DNA of 64,000 nucleotides from a virus. The notes below the pieces were generated by a model. That model made no database searches, had not been told where the DNA came from, and saw only the letters and a list, made by a program, of their open reading frames with translations. Location: positions 64,001 to 128,000 of IMG/VR virus record IMGVR_UViG_3300023202_000205, one strand, 5' to 3'. Shown piece after piece: positions 63,045-64,000 of this stretch. Made by a program: the position numbers and the translations under genes. The stretch's first letter is position 1; every line of letters begins with the position of its first letter.

Positions 63045-63737
63045 CTAGCTTTTGAGTGATTCGAGTATTTCCTGTGGTTCTGGGATCGACGAATACTCCT
63101 TGGGATACATTTTCGTGTCATAGGCCATAAGTAGCTGTCTGATCTCGTTCGACAAGGCTGCTGGAGTGTACCCGTGGGTGCCCCCTATGCCTACCTTGCC
63201 GAGGTGCCCGCGAGAACCTCTGAAACAGTGCACCGCCAAATACCCCGTCAGTCCTCCTGGGAAAATAGACGCCTTTTTAAACAAGACGTGAATCGGGTCA
63301 CGCATACAAACGTTCACAGAAGCAGCAATGCTACAATACGGATCAGCCAGTAATGCCCACCTGAGGTTGTTAAAGGGAATGTAGACCACCTCATTTAACC
63401 AAGGAACCCAAATGGGAAAGTCTTTCACTTTATCAAAATATACCTTACGTACACTGACTCCCCCAAGAAACGACAAGTTATTCCGGTCCGGGTGTAGGTA
63501 CTTTCGGGAATAATCTCTTATAGCCTTCGCTGTAACACCCCTAAAAGGTATGGGTTGTGAGTTTCCCACGACCAAATCGAATAAGCGATCCCTTGAGGGA
63601 GTACCAACTAGCTCTCTGATATAGTCAACAAGGACGTCATTCAGGCCACACACGAGATCGTAATAGGTGCTCTGGCTGGTAGATTCCGGAACCACCTCCC
63701 CTCGGGACCACGCTCTCCAAGCGTTAATGAACTCCAT
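63045..63737 (-). CDS. Hypothetical protein with N-terminus like the FIxxWxxxSRG family
   Basis: Likely start MEFINAWRAWSRGE at 63737. Confidence 0.55.
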   Translation of the reverse strand: MEFINAWRAWSRGEVVPESTSQSTYYDLVCGLNDVLVDYIRELVGTPSRDRLFDLVVGNSQPIPFRGVTAKAIRDYSRKYLHPDRNNLSFLGGVSVRKVYFDKVKDFPIWVPWLNEVVYIPFNNLRWALLADPYCSIAASVNVCMRDPIHVLFKKASIFPGGLTGYLAVHCFRGSRGHLGKVGIGGTHGYTPAALSNEIRQLLMAYDTKMYPKEYSSIPEPQEILESLKS

Positions 63738-63774
63738 ACCAGTACAGTAGTTGCGCGGTAGTGGCTGTTTACTG

Positions 63775-64000
63775 TCACTGCTCAGCATGGGGAATGAACT
63801 CCTTGGTAGAGGGAGTGGGGACTGGAGCGAAGTGCCTTCCCACACGGCTCCCCATTTCGTTCGGCCATGTCCTCCCAAAAACCGTGTCAAGCAACTCGAT
63901 GGCAACACAGCGAGCTACTGGGTTGATCAGACTGTCCTCGAAACCAGGTGTTCTGACAAACGTGCGCCAGCGCTTGAGATGCTGGAACAAATGGATCGAC
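63775..64000 (-). CDS. Hypothetical protein, 5'-truncated by the window edge
   Basis: Frame of track ORF 63775..63990, apparently open to the window edge. Confidence 0.4.
   Translation of the reverse strand, partial: SIHLFQHLKRWRTFVRTPGFEDSLINPVARCVAIELLDTVFGRTWPNEMGSRVGRHFAPVPTPSTKEFIPHAEQ

Noticed and set aside
38000-64000. Search for cas genes (Cas1/2/6, RuvC-type Cas12/TnpB, HEPN) near the repeats
   Set aside because: No ORF of suitable size or motif was recognised by eye. The MmcB-like nuclease lacks the Cas4 Fe-S cysteines. An HMM search is needed to exclude them fully.
1-64000. Alternative genetic code or stop-codon recoding
   Set aside because: Long genes are intact under the standard code, TAG, TGA and TAA are all used as coupled stops, and there is no suppressor tRNA.
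1-64000. Diversity-generating retroelement, integrase, transposase, terminase or major capsid gene
   Set aside because: No reverse transcriptase, TR/VR pair, recombinase or recognisable terminase/capsid motifs were seen in this window.

Overview
This 64 kb window looks like part of a large tailed-phage genome, with almost every gene on the minus strand. From left to right: (1) 1-2.4 kb, the N-terminal 793 codons of a phage-encoded multi-subunit RNA polymerase beta subunit. It runs off the window and is absent from the ORF track. (2) 2.4-17 kb, a putative head/virion module. It holds a probable portal, several Gly/Ala-rich proteins, a spermidine-synthase-like methyltransferase and a 1002-aa polyprotein-like ORF carrying a HiPIP-like Fe-S domain and a Nudix hydrolase. 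A K-x-A motif recurs at apparent domain boundaries. (3) 17-31 kb, membrane proteins, tail fibre/adhesin genes and a Cys-rich protein. (4) 33.5-34.4 kb, seven tRNA genes, followed by a class-3 lipase and Cys-rich genes. (5) 40.6-41.8 kb, a cas-less CRISPR mini-array (5 x 36-nt repeats) with a duplicated structured leader and an HTH gene. Three more solitary repeat copies lie at 41.7, 47.4 and 61.7 kb. (6) 42-64 kb, a dense run of small early-type genes, including MazG-like, MmcB-like nuclease, a DUF6745-like protein with about 68 octapeptide repeats, a 5'-nucleotidase and a PolB-type exonuclease. A 16-bp palindrome, GTGTTCRCGYGAACAC, recurs at 9 gene junctions. All family assignments come from motif recognition by eye and were not checked against databases.
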